A stretch of DNA of 64,000 bases from Fibrobacteria bacterium (GTDB taxonomy: Bacteria; Fibrobacterota; Fibrobacteria; UBA11236), in NCBI GenBank assembly GCA_043745805.1, contig JAYTSD010000038.1, forward strand, positions 1 through 64,000, in the 5' to 3' direction. Position numbers and translations under genes: made by a program. Positions 19,348-29,092 of this stretch are shown here, piece after piece. How positions within the stretch are numbered: the first letter of the stretch is position 1; each line of letters begins with the position of its first letter. The notes below the pieces were generated by a model, which was not told where the DNA came from, searched no databases, and saw only the letters and a program-made list of their open reading frames with translations.

Positions 19348-19474
19348 AACCCACCCCCTGCCCCAAAGCAATAGGGATTAAGGGAAGTAAAACCCTTTCG
19401 CCTTGTAGGCTTTTTCGCAGGCACATATCCGCTTGATTGGACAGCAAGAGGATGGCGAAAATCAGGGGTGGGTT
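19348..19474 (-). repeat. GC-rich structured intergenic element with terminal inverted repeats
   Basis: AACCCACCCCCTG (19348) / CAGGGGTGGGTT (19463); internal TTTCGCC (19396) / GGCGAAA (19454). Confidence 0.55.
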
Positions 19475-19479
19475 AATTC

Positions 19480-19863
19480 TTAGGCAGGTGTGGCAACCCC
19501 TTTTACAAGTGAAAGGATGGTCTTTCCCAGCGTTCGGGTATTGATAGGTTTATACAAAAAACCTTGTATAGCCCCTTCAGTCAATAAAACGGGGTTTTTA
19601 TATTTTCCTGATCGAATAGCTAAAATGCGTAGGTCGGGTACTTTTTCTTCGACGCGTACTTTTTCGATAAAATCTATTGCGTCAAATGTGATCATTTCTA
19701 AATCGATAATCAATACTTTGGGCTTTTGTGTTTCTATTAAATTAAAAGCTTGATAGGGTTGATAAGCGGTCAAAACCTCAAAACCTTCGCTCTCAAGGAC
19801 TATGCGACTAAGCTTTAGCCCGTAAGGATTATCATCTACAATTAATATTTTTTCACTTAACAT
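19480..19863 (-). CDS. Single-domain response regulator
   Basis: ILIVDDN, LIIDLEM, FLYKPI. Confidence 0.85.
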   Translation of the reverse strand: MLSEKILIVDDNPYGLKLSRIVLESEGFEVLTAYQPYQAFNLIETQKPKVLIIDLEMITFDAIDFIEKVRVEEKVPDLRILAIRSGKYKNPVLLTEGAIQGFLYKPINTRTLGKTILSLVKGVATPA

Positions 19864-20761
19864 AAGCGTAATTTTCGGAGGGTTGGGTTTTGCTTAATTC
19901 AAGAGAGGCATTTTCCAAACATGACCGTAAATCTTTTAAGGTGATGGGTTTATTTAATACGGCTTTGAAAAGTGTATTGGGTGAAGACATCTCAGGGTTT
20001 TCAGATAATAACAAAAATTGTATCGCTAGTTCGGAGTGTTTCTGACGTAAAGTATCTATTAATTGCGAGGCCTTCATATCAGGAAGTTTTTCATTTATAA
20101 AAATTAAGGAAAAGGGCATGGTATTCATAATAGCTAAGGCCTCTTGCGCACTTTCAACTCTTTCAGTAGCATAATTTGCGGATCGTAAAGTACGCGTAAG
20201 GTAACGTCCATGTTGCGGATCGGGATCCACTACTAAAATCTTTAATGCGGCCTGTGCGTCTTTATGATCCGCATCTACAAGCATAGGGCCTATATTGCCA
20301 AGTGCTTCAGAGGAAATGCGACTCTTTGTGGGGACAAGCTTCGTTGGGATAGGCATCATAGGAATGACTGCGGTGTTTATTTCGCGCGCCATTAAACTAT
20401 AGCCTAAAAGTTGCCCTTCAGCATCATGCCGTAAAATCACTAAAACCAAAGTACTAAGGGTTTCACCATTGCTACATCGTTGGCGTATTTGCCCTTTCCA
20501 ACGCCCATTGCGATGCACTTGGGTAAGAATACTTTGTACTAAACCTGAACTTATATCTTCCGGATGAAAAAGTACGGAGCAGTTATTTCCCAATAAGGTG
20601 AATTCATCCGTTTGGTACATTTTAAGTGCACGATTATTCCAAGAAAGGATTAAGCCCTGTTCATCTAATGCAAATACCGAATATTCCCATAAAGAATCCA
20701 AAATAGAATTCAACACTGAAGAGGAATCTTTAGGTAATGTACTTACACGATTTGCATCCAT
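19853..20761 (-). CDS. PAS domain plus atypical receiver domain protein
   Basis: PAS (ALDEQGLILSWN, FHPED, GRWKG); receiver LVVDPD...LIFINEKL...LNKPI with N at the phospho-Asp position. Confidence 0.75.
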   Translation of the reverse strand: MDANRVSTLPKDSSSVLNSILDSLWEYSVFALDEQGLILSWNNRALKMYQTDEFTLLGNNCSVLFHPEDISSGLVQSILTQVHRNGRWKGQIRQRCSNGETLSTLVLVILRHDAEGQLLGYSLMAREINTAVIPMMPIPTKLVPTKSRISSEALGNIGPMLVDADHKDAQAALKILVVDPDPQHGRYLTRTLRSANYATERVESAQEALAIMNTMPFSLIFINEKLPDMKASQLIDTLRQKHSELAIQFLLLSENPEMSSPNTLFKAVLNKPITLKDLRSCLENASLELSKTQPSENYAYVK

Positions 20762-20894
20762 AAATTATTCCTTTTTTGCGTGCTGGCATAATTCAAATAT
20801 GCTTTTTCGCTGTTGGAATAAGTATAGAAGCGAGATGGTTAAATCAGAGGCAAATAGAAGTCAAATTAGAGTAAAATTTTTGAAGATTAAGTAT

Positions 20895-21275
20895 TTAATG
20901 CTTGCGCGCAGCTAAAAAAAGCGCGATTTTTTGAGGTAACTTACGTGTTTCTATGGGCTTAGTGATATAATCCTCACAACCCGCATCTAAGGCTATTTGT
21001 TGATCGCCTTTCATGGCAAAAGCGGTTAGGGCAATAATGGGAATATGCCGAGTCATTTGATTTTCTTTGAGCTGTCTCGTTAAAGTCAAACCATCAATTC
21101 CAGGTAAAGCAATATCCATGAGAATTAGATCGGGCTGAATAGTCTGCAATAAATTTATGGCACTTTCTGCATTTTCCGCTTGATCCACGATATAGTTTTC
21201 ACTCTCCAATAAATTCACCATGAGTTTTAAATTCACAGGATGATCTTCTATCACTAAAATGCGTTGGGGTTTCAT
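20895..21275 (-). CDS. DivK-like single-domain response regulator
   Basis: ILVIED..NLKL, DLILMDIALPGIDG, IPIIALTAFAMKGD, AGCEDYITKPI. Confidence 0.9.
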   Translation of the reverse strand: MKPQRILVIEDHPVNLKLMVNLLESENYIVDQAENAESAINLLQTIQPDLILMDIALPGIDGLTLTRQLKENQMTRHIPIIALTAFAMKGDQQIALDAGCEDYITKPIETRKLPQKIALFLAARKH

Positions 21276-22642
21276 GTTACCTTTAGTGTCGACAAGGGTA
21301 GGGTAATAGTAAATGTGCTACCTAAACCAAATTCGCTTTCTACCGCGATAGTTCCTTCTTGCAACTCAACTAATTTTTTGGTTAGCGATAAACCTAAGCC
21401 TGTACCTTGAAATCGGCGTGTCATCCCCGCTTCGAGCTGCTGAAATTCATTAAACAATTTTGACAAATCTTCTGTGCGAATTCCTATGCCAAAATCTTGT
21501 ATGGAGAGAGTCATTTTTTCTGTGGATATTTTTTCTACCCGAATATTAATTAGGCTATCGGTCTTAGAAAATTTAATCGCATTGGAAATAAGATTGTATA
21601 GAATTTGCTTAAACTTTTGCACATCCAGAATAATTTCTAAAGCCATATCGCCTTTGGTATTAAGTGAGATATTTCTTTTTTCTAAAAGAGGTGCAAGACT
21701 CATGCACACCTCATTTAGTGTATCGGCCACAATAAAGGGCTCGGGAAAAAATTCCATTTTTCCTGCTTCTATTTTAGCGAGATCCAACATATCATTGATA
21801 AGACGAAGTAAGTGCATACCACTATTTAAAATATCTTGAAGGTATTCACTTTGTTTAGCATTTAAATTTCCGGCTTTTTGGTCAATTAAAAATTCGGTAA
21901 AACCAATTACTGCATTTAAAGGTGTTCTTAATTCATGCGACATATGAGCAAGAAATTCATTTTTCAATTGATTGGCTAATTGTATTTGTTGATTTTGCAA
22001 AGACAATTCCAAGTTGTGTTGATGCATTAATTGCGCTTGCTTTTGCTTGGTAATATCACGCAAAATCACTTGCACGGCAAATTCACCGGCATCCGAAAAA
22101 GGTGCGGCCGCAACTTCAACATCGACACTATTACCATCAAAGCGCAATATTTTTTCTTCAACAACCGGGAGAGGTATTCCAGTTTGACGTAATTGGATAA
22201 TTCTATTGATTACTAATTCACGAAAATCGGGATGAATAAAGTCAATTGGATTTTTTCCTAAAACTTGTTCTAGATGTGTGCCGCCCACAAGTTTTATGCA
22301 TTGCTGATTGGCAAAAATAATTTTGTTACCTCTATATGCCATAATCGCATCAGGCGAAAGTTCTACTAAACTGCGAAACCGTTCTTCGCTTTCTTGAGCT
22401 TTGCTTTCAATGTTACGCCTTCGCTTCCATTCCCATTCAATTAAGCAATAAATAATAATCGAACTAAGTAATACAAATCCCCAGCCTTTTAGGGTTTGCC
22501 ATTTGGAAAGTTCATGGGGATCGGTAAAAAAATATAAGAGGAGGTGATCGCTAAAGGCAATCCACATAAAAGAAAAAAAGCCGTAGATGATAGCGACCTT
22601 TAAACTGGGGCTTACTTTAACTTTATGACCCCGTACTGACAT
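21272..22642 (-). CDS. Membrane PAS sensor histidine kinase
   Basis: Two N-terminal TM helices, PAS (DFIHPDF), MSHELRTPLN, NLISNAIKF, D.GIGI, GTGLGL, GSTF. Confidence 0.93.
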   Translation of the reverse strand: MSVRGHKVKVSPSLKVAIIYGFFSFMWIAFSDHLLLYFFTDPHELSKWQTLKGWGFVLLSSIIIYCLIEWEWKRRRNIESKAQESEERFRSLVELSPDAIMAYRGNKIIFANQQCIKLVGGTHLEQVLGKNPIDFIHPDFRELVINRIIQLRQTGIPLPVVEEKILRFDGNSVDVEVAAAPFSDAGEFAVQVILRDITKQKQAQLMHQHNLELSLQNQQIQLANQLKNEFLAHMSHELRTPLNAVIGFTEFLIDQKAGNLNAKQSEYLQDILNSGMHLLRLINDMLDLAKIEAGKMEFFPEPFIVADTLNEVCMSLAPLLEKRNISLNTKGDMALEIILDVQKFKQILYNLISNAIKFSKTDSLINIRVEKISTEKMTLSIQDFGIGIRTEDLSKLFNEFQQLEAGMTRRFQGTGLGLSLTKKLVELQEGTIAVESEFGLGSTFTITLPLSTLKVT

Positions 22643-22658
22643 TGAATGAAGGACCTAA

Positions 22659-23351
22659 TTAGCCTTCGAAACGATAGCCTAAGCCTGGAACATTCACGAT
22701 TTTAGACCCTAGCATAGGCCCTAACTTTCCTCGTAATGAAGAAACATGAACTTTCACCGTATGCGAATCGATGTCAATTTCTGGACCATAGCCCCAAATG
22801 CTGCGGAATAAATGCGAGACATAAACTACTTGGCCTTTTTTTTGCAAAAGCGTAGTGATCAAATCAAACTCTTTGCGCGTAAGGGCTACGGCATTTCCTT
22901 CCAAAGTTACTTTACGAGCTTTTACATCCAAAGTAAGCCCTTCCGATTTTAAAATGTCGGAAAGTTCTTCGGGCGAGGCATAGCGACGTAACACAGCCTT
23001 TACCTTCGCTAAAAGCATTTCATTGGAAACCGGCTTGAGTAAATAGTCATCGGCGCCTTCTTCCAAACCCTGTAATTGATCTTCTTCGCGAATACGATTA
23101 CCCGAAATTAAAATGACAGGTATGCTAGCGGTTTCTTTTTGTGATTTAATTTTTTGACATAAATCGATTCCGCTGGAACCCTCTAAAACCACATCAGTTA
23201 AAATGAGTTTTGGATTTTCATGGGAGGCAAAATAAAGGCCCTCAGCTAAATTATGTCCCGAAATAACTTCGTAGCCCTCACCTTCGAGAACCACTCGTAG
23301 AAGCTTTTGAAAATCTGCATTGTCTTCGACAATGAGTATCTTATCCTTCAA
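22659..23351 (-). CDS. OmpR/PhoB-family response regulator
   Basis: ILIVED, LILTD, GADDYLLKP; winged helix LTRKEFDL...IWG...TVKVHVSSLRGKL...VPGLGYRF. Confidence 0.92.
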   Translation of the reverse strand: MKDKILIVEDNADFQKLLRVVLEGEGYEVISGHNLAEGLYFASHENPKLILTDVVLEGSSGIDLCQKIKSQKETASIPVILISGNRIREEDQLQGLEEGADDYLLKPVSNEMLLAKVKAVLRRYASPEELSDILKSEGLTLDVKARKVTLEGNAVALTRKEFDLITTLLQKKGQVVYVSHLFRSIWGYGPEIDIDSHTVKVHVSSLRGKLGPMLGSKIVNVPGLGYRFEG

Positions 23352-23439
23352 GTAAAGTCCCCTTTGAAAGAAAATCCAGGCTCATTCAATAATCGAGAAA
23401 AATTCAATGCATTAAAACTAATAATATCAAAGGCATAAA

Positions 23440-25542
23440 TTATTTTTGGTTCTGAGAATCTCCAGCAAGTTCCAAACGATTTAAGTTTTGCGAATAATTT
23501 GGATTCTTAGGATCAATTTGTACGGCCTCTTTATATAGCACTAGAGCTTGGTCGCGATTACCATCCTGTTCGGCAAATTGACCGGACCAAAAAAGTGCAT
23601 AATGATTGCGTTTATTCTGCTCCATTAAATAATTTAAAATTGAAGCCGACATTTCTTTGGCGCCTTCAAGTCGATACGCGCGGGCTCTACCTACCATAAC
23701 TTCATTTTGTAAATCACCCAAATCGATAGCCTTTTGCAAAATTGGTCCTGCTTCCCCAATTTTATCCAGTGCTAATAGACATAATCCATAATCAGTCCAA
23801 TGCGCCGCTTGATTATCGTCTTCACTTAACCCCTTACTAAAATTCTCGGCACTTTCAGCATATTGTTGTTTTGCAAATTGTTGCAAGGCTAAAGCTAAAG
23901 TGGTTGCTTTATTATCGGGTTCTAGTTTAGCGATTAAAGCCAAAGCTTTTTCGCTCTCGGTGGTTTGATTCAGTTTTTTACTTAACTCCAAACGCTTGCG
24001 CGCCATAGCTAAATCATTATCTCCATTTGCCGTATTTGCATAGGCGGATAAGGCTTCTTTCCAATGTTGTTTGGAATACTGTATATCCCCTAAGGCTTTC
24101 CATGCAAGAGAGTTGTTTTGCGATTTTAAAGCTGGTGTAAGGTGGGTTAAGGCTTTTGCCCAATCCTGTTTAGCATAATAAAGCATTCCTAGTTGCATTT
24201 GTTCCGCACTTCGTTTTGGATTTTTAGATAGCACTTTTTCTAAAAGTACTATCGCCTGTGAGGTGTCATTGGTCTTTAAGCAATGTGAGACAAGGTAAAC
24301 ATTTAATTCCTCGCCATTGGCATCGGGCTTTTCGATAAGCGCCTGAGTTGCTATATCATCGCTATCCAAGGCCGAGGGCATGGCCCGATAGTATTCTGCA
24401 TAAAGCATAGCGGAATGGCTCATATCTTTATTTAAAGCATAAGCCTTGGCCATTTTTTTAAGCTGCTCGGGAGTTACATTTTTCTTTTGCTCAAAAAATT
24501 CTTTTAAGGGCTGCAAATTATCTTGTAATTGTTGCTCGGTTTGGAGCAATTCAGGCAGTAAAGCCAAATATTCGCTGCGATGAGGATCCATTTTCAAAGC
24601 CAAGTGAAGTTGTGTATAAGCAGTATCCAAATGCCCTTGCTGAGCCGCTAATTTTGCCCAAGCAAAATGCCATTCCGATTTTTCTTGCGTGGCAAGAACT
24701 TTATTTAAAGTGGCAATGCTCAGACTTGGATTGCCAATTTTTTCGATAGCTGCAAGCCAGTTTGCACGAGCCTCAAGATTTTTAGCATTGAGATTAAATA
24801 CCTGCTCCCAAGCGCTTGCGGCTTCAGGGAGTTGATTGATTTGCGTATAAAGATTTGCAAGTGCTAAAAGTATTTCTTCACTCGCTGGAAAATTTTCTCT
24901 TGCCTTGGAATATAAGTTTATAGCATCACTTGGGCGGCTCGATTTGGTGATTAAGCTTCCTGCATGCAAGGTGTTTTCCAAGTTTTGTGAGATAAAAATA
25001 TATTCTTGGGCATAAATTTGTCCGGCTTCCACAAATCGATTTTGTTTTTCTAAGCCTTTAGCCATCATGATTTTGACATTGATATCGTTGGGTTTTATTT
25101 CCAAATATTTTCGAAAATTAGAAGTGGAAAAACTTTCTTCGGGTAAATAAGCTTGCGCGGTTTTTAAATACCATTCTGCGGCTTCATACTTATCCCCTTT
25201 ATGCATGGTGCATTCTGCAATCATGCCGAGTATTGCGGGACTAGTACCTTTTAGTTTTTGAAAAAAAATGTAGGCTTTGTTCCATTCGCCTTGCACAAAA
25301 TAAATGCGCCCTTGGGCCTCTATTAAGGCCGGAGAGTCGCTTTCGCCCCATTTTACTTTTTCTTCAATTTTTAGCAAAAGAGAATCTAAATTCACATTTT
25401 GTGTATGCCCAATTAATAGCTCTTGCACTTGATTTGTAAACAAGGAGTCATTCTCTGTAGCCTCGGAAGCATATGCACCAAAGGCAAAACTAAGGCTAAA
25501 AGTAAAAGCCACGGGCAAAGAAAAAAAAGCTTTATGGTGCAT
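23440..25542 (-). CDS. Exported tetratricopeptide-repeat protein
   Basis: Signal peptide; many TPR-like units (ALKMDP, LGMLYY..QDW.KA, AWKALGD, AVQIDP.N). Confidence 0.8.
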   Translation of the reverse strand: MHHKAFFSLPVAFTFSLSFAFGAYASEATENDSLFTNQVQELLIGHTQNVNLDSLLLKIEEKVKWGESDSPALIEAQGRIYFVQGEWNKAYIFFQKLKGTSPAILGMIAECTMHKGDKYEAAEWYLKTAQAYLPEESFSTSNFRKYLEIKPNDINVKIMMAKGLEKQNRFVEAGQIYAQEYIFISQNLENTLHAGSLITKSSRPSDAINLYSKARENFPASEEILLALANLYTQINQLPEAASAWEQVFNLNAKNLEARANWLAAIEKIGNPSLSIATLNKVLATQEKSEWHFAWAKLAAQQGHLDTAYTQLHLALKMDPHRSEYLALLPELLQTEQQLQDNLQPLKEFFEQKKNVTPEQLKKMAKAYALNKDMSHSAMLYAEYYRAMPSALDSDDIATQALIEKPDANGEELNVYLVSHCLKTNDTSQAIVLLEKVLSKNPKRSAEQMQLGMLYYAKQDWAKALTHLTPALKSQNNSLAWKALGDIQYSKQHWKEALSAYANTANGDNDLAMARKRLELSKKLNQTTESEKALALIAKLEPDNKATTLALALQQFAKQQYAESAENFSKGLSEDDNQAAHWTDYGLCLLALDKIGEAGPILQKAIDLGDLQNEVMVGRARAYRLEGAKEMSASILNYLMEQNKRNHYALFWSGQFAEQDGNRDQALVLYKEAVQIDPKNPNYSQNLNRLELAGDSQNQK

Positions 25543-25884
25543 AGAATTTCCCCCTAAAATGGAAAAAAGGGTGCTTAATAGGAATTATTTTCGCATACAA
25601 CCCAATTAAACTCAATGTTATAATAATAAGCAAATAAGTGGTTGTGCAGGTTTTCACACTTTCTGAATTATCGGTATACTTTTGTATTTTTGGGTTTGAA
25701 TGCGTATAAGAATCCGACATGTTGAGATCAGGTAATCGTCATTATACTACAGGCTAAAAAAGAAATACTTTAAAGTAGCTTTCAGGTTACTTAGGCTTTC
25801 ATGCTTTTAGATCAGCATAAAAATGCCATGAAATACCCAGAAAAGCTCGGGTCCGATTTATATTTCCAACAAAGTGAGGTTAAA

Positions 25885-26256
25885 GTGGATAAACGGAAAG
25901 TCATAATTTTAGGGGCTTCGGATAAATCGGATAGAACTAGCAATTTGCTCTTGAAGCGCTTGCAAGCCGAAGGTGATTTCGAAATTTACCCAATCAATCC
26001 GGCATTAAAAGAAATAGCAGGGGTTCCGGTCTTACCTGATTTGGAATCAGCTCCTAAAAAGGCTGATATTTTGACTATTTATTTAAATGATAAGCGCAGT
26101 CAAGCTTTAGAAAATGAAATTTTAAGCAGTGGCGCCAAAAAAGCCATATTCAATCCGGGTGCCGAAAATCCGGTTTTAATGGCTAAGCTGAAATCAAATG
26201 GCATGGAAGTGGAAGAAGCTTGTTCTTTGGTATTGCACAGTATGGATAAGTTTTAG
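25885..26256 (+). CDS. CoA-binding protein (YccU-like)
   Basis: ILGAS.K.DR.S, IYPINP, IFNPGAEN, EACSLV; GAGG before GTG 25885 (ORF track starts at 25801). Confidence 0.85.
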   Translation: MDKRKVIILGASDKSDRTSNLLLKRLQAEGDFEIYPINPALKEIAGVPVLPDLESAPKKADILTIYLNDKRSQALENEILSSGAKKAIFNPGAENPVLMAKLKSNGMEVEEACSLVLHSMDKF

Positions 26257-26972
26257 TGATCCAATTTTTTGAGGCTTGGCATGAAATTGTTTTAACCGAT
26301 AAAATTGTCCTCGATTTATGGATATACGGATTCAGCTTCTTAGCTTTTGCTTTTTTACCTAAACAACTTGGAAAGTATATTTGGTGGGCATTAGCTTGGT
26401 TTTGCCTACTAAATATTTTACTGATTATGCAGCTCCCTTGGCTGACCCCTTGGACGAGTACAGTAATTTTCTTTTTGTTTAGTCAGCTTCCGTGGATAGT
26501 GTTTTTAGGGTCTTTACGCTTTCCTAAAAGCGTAACTCGTAAATGCATAGAGTTGCCCATGAGGCAAATTTTATTTTGGCATATTACTCGATTAATGGGT
26601 TTTCATTTTGCAGCCGCGCTTTGGGGTGGTTATGTGCATGAAGAGTTTGGATTAGGCGTGGGATTAAGCGAAACACTTACCGGCTTGGGAGCGCTTATTT
26701 TATTGGCTTTTTATCGACCGGAGCAAAACTTTTTTCGCTTATTGCTTTTATTTTGGAACACTTATGGATTAACCTCGGTTATTTCGGCTTTATACAAAGG
26801 TTTTTTTTCCAATCCAAATTTGCCAATGAATATGTATTCGCGAGAAATTTTCCGATATATTTGTGATTTCCCGCAGGCCTGGGATTATTTCTTTTGGTTT
26901 CCCATGGCGGTAATTTTTCACCTCGCCTTATTTTTTAAATTATATTCCGGAAAAGAAAAGGCTTGGACATGA
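26256..26972 (+). CDS. Hypothetical integral membrane protein
   Basis: Multiple hydrophobic helices; overlaps both neighbours. Confidence 0.7.
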   Translation: MIQFFEAWHEIVLTDKIVLDLWIYGFSFLAFAFLPKQLGKYIWWALAWFCLLNILLIMQLPWLTPWTSTVIFFLFSQLPWIVFLGSLRFPKSVTRKCIELPMRQILFWHITRLMGFHFAAALWGGYVHEEFGLGVGLSETLTGLGALILLAFYRPEQNFFRLLLLFWNTYGLTSVISALYKGFFSNPNLPMNMYSREIFRYICDFPQAWDYFFWFPMAVIFHLALFFKLYSGKEKAWT

Positions 26973-27805
26973 AATTTTTACAAATTCGACATTTACTCCC
27001 CTTCCTATTAGCTTGCCCTTTATTGATGCACTGCTCTTGTGATGTATTTGGAACGGCCGGATCCTTATTGGTTTCCGAAGATGACGAAACAAAATTGGGT
27101 GCGGAATTCAATGCACACTTACGCGATAGTGCAAAAGTGGAATTTCCTCTTTATGTGGCTAAGACCGCACAAGATACCGTTTTTCAAAATTATGTGACAG
27201 GGATAGCCAAAGAGATTGTGGCTGCTATTCCTGCCGATGAAAAACCCAGTTATGGCTTTACTTTTACCATCATTGATAAGAATGTGGAAAATGCTTTTGC
27301 AGTCCCTGGCGGTTACGTATATATCTATACCGGTATCATCAAAAAAATGCAGGATGAAAGTGAATTAACTGGAGTACTCGGTCATGAAATTGCGCATGTG
27401 ACACAACATCATTACCGGGCACAAATGGCGAAGCAAGCTGGACTTTCCACTTTGATTCAAGTTTTGGTAGGGAATCAGCCTGGTCAGTTGACGCAACTAG
27501 TAGCAGGTAGTTTTTTCCAATTGGCAGGACTCAAAATGTCTCGTGAAAATGAAGCCGATGCGGATTCCCATGGAACGGATTATGAGGGTTTAGTGAAACG
27601 TAATCCACTTGGCATTGCGAAATATTTTTCGCGAGTGGATCCCACCTCTACTTGGTTTTCTACGCATCCTTCCCCCGATACACGTGTTGCGGATATTACA
27701 GCTGAAGTAAACTCTAGCGCTACTTTAAAGGCTTTAGCGGCTGATTCCACCACGAATAATTACACCACAAAATTTTTACAAAATACGGCAGCTATTCGTA
27801 AATAG
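26963..27805 (+). CDS. M48-family zinc metallopeptidase, probable lipoprotein
   Basis: NAFAVPGG, VLGHEIAHV, SRENEADAD, STHP..R; Cys after the signal peptide. Confidence 0.9.
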   Translation: MDMKFLQIRHLLPFLLACPLLMHCSCDVFGTAGSLLVSEDDETKLGAEFNAHLRDSAKVEFPLYVAKTAQDTVFQNYVTGIAKEIVAAIPADEKPSYGFTFTIIDKNVENAFAVPGGYVYIYTGIIKKMQDESELTGVLGHEIAHVTQHHYRAQMAKQAGLSTLIQVLVGNQPGQLTQLVAGSFFQLAGLKMSRENEADADSHGTDYEGLVKRNPLGIAKYFSRVDPTSTWFSTHPSPDTRVADITAEVNSSATLKALAADSTTNNYTTKFLQNTAAIRK

Positions 27806-27832
27806 AGAATAAATTAGAGGACGGAAACGTCC

Positions 27833-28966
27833 TTACTCCAAATAGATTTTCTCAATTTTTGCTATGGAATTTTTCCAAAGAAACTTTTCAGAGCGGGCAA
27901 CTCCGTGTTCCATTTTAGTTTGCCGATAACTTTGATCGTTCAGTAATTTCAAAATTTCCATTTTCCAAATAACTGCATTTTCTAAATCGTATGTCGTAAA
28001 TGCCTCTCCAACGATTTCCTTAATCGAGGGTATACTGGACGTTACCACCGGACAACCTGCGCGCATAGCCTCTAGCACGGGATTGCCAAAGCCTTCTTTG
28101 GTCGATGGAAACAATAAACAAACTGCATGTTGATAATAAGCCTTTAATTCTTGGGCGCTAATTTTTTCCAAAATTTTAATCCAGGCAAACTTTGTAAGGT
28201 CTATGTTTATCGCAGTGAATTGCGAAATGATATTTGTGGGCGAGCCAATAATGATCCAGTGAAGATCGATAGCGGTCTCTTTGAGAGCCAATAATATTTT
28301 AAAAGCAAAGGACAAATTTTTATTGGCCGTATCGCCAATGGAGAGTATAAATCCTTGTGATTCCGAAATGGACGCTGCGGGTAAAAGGTCATATTGATCG
28401 CAGCCTAAGGGAACGGTAATTATTTTTTTTGTGGAGTCCGTGGAGCACAAATATTTAAGGGTTTCGGTGCGACCATGTTCTGAAATAACAATAATCTTAT
28501 AGGCCCATGGAAGCCCAAATTTTTGTAAACGAATACGCCAAGTCTGGCGATAAAATTGTTCTATCGCGGTGGCGTCTTCGTCAAACATATGCCAGTCTAA
28601 AATTGTAAGAAGGGATCGCTTTGCAAAAAGTACCGGATAGGAAATTTCGGGCAAGGGACCTAGAGCCACAAAATTATGCAGTCGATAAATACGTTTACTC
28701 CACAATAAAAACGCTAATACCGTTTGATCCCAAAGCCATGGCCTTTTGCGGTAGGGCATGCGATAAAAAACGGGGAGTTGGGGAAGCGGATGCGGGCTAT
28801 TTTCCATTATCAGCGCCAATAATTGATAAGGAAAATTCGGTTTTTGAGAAATATAAGCATAAACTCGGCTAGCTAATTCTCGGGTATTAAAGCCAATACC
28901 GCGCATGGCATAGCTAGTTTGCAGGGGACGTAAGTCCAAAACCACTTTTTTTTTGTTACTCTTCAT
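27833..28966 (-). CDS. GT4 glycosyltransferase (MtfB/WbpY-like)
   Basis: RGIG, FPSTKEGFGNPVLEAM.AGCPV. Confidence 0.85.
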   Translation of the reverse strand: MKSNKKKVVLDLRPLQTSYAMRGIGFNTRELASRVYAYISQKPNFPYQLLALIMENSPHPLPQLPVFYRMPYRKRPWLWDQTVLAFLLWSKRIYRLHNFVALGPLPEISYPVLFAKRSLLTILDWHMFDEDATAIEQFYRQTWRIRLQKFGLPWAYKIIVISEHGRTETLKYLCSTDSTKKIITVPLGCDQYDLLPAASISESQGFILSIGDTANKNLSFAFKILLALKETAIDLHWIIIGSPTNIISQFTAINIDLTKFAWIKILEKISAQELKAYYQHAVCLLFPSTKEGFGNPVLEAMRAGCPVVTSSIPSIKEIVGEAFTTYDLENAVIWKMEILKLLNDQSYRQTKMEHGVARSEKFLWKNSIAKIEKIYLE

Positions 28967-29092
28967 CGACTCAACTAGTTTTTTTTGACTATTCCATATT
29001 ATTATTCTTTAACCTAGAGTTCTAAGAATACTTCAAAAAAGGTTTTTTACTTTTAAAGAACAGTGGATATTCTCTCTTAAGGAAAAAAGCAT

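Noticed and set aside
19235-19447. 70-aa minus-strand ORF
   Set aside because: Runs through the structured element and the terminator palindrome; likely non-coding.
19348-19474. SRP RNA or 6S RNA identity for the structured element
   Set aside because: No SRP domain IV (GGAA loop with GCAG) motif; too short and branched for the 6S rod-and-bubble.
25532-25720. 62-aa minus-strand ORF overlapping the TPR gene start
   Set aside because: Has one hydrophobic stretch but no clear RBS or motif; cannot be supported.
27818-27833. AGGACG-GAAA-CGTCCT hairpin between convergent genes
   Set aside because: Short, with no adjacent U-tract; at most a weak 3' structure.
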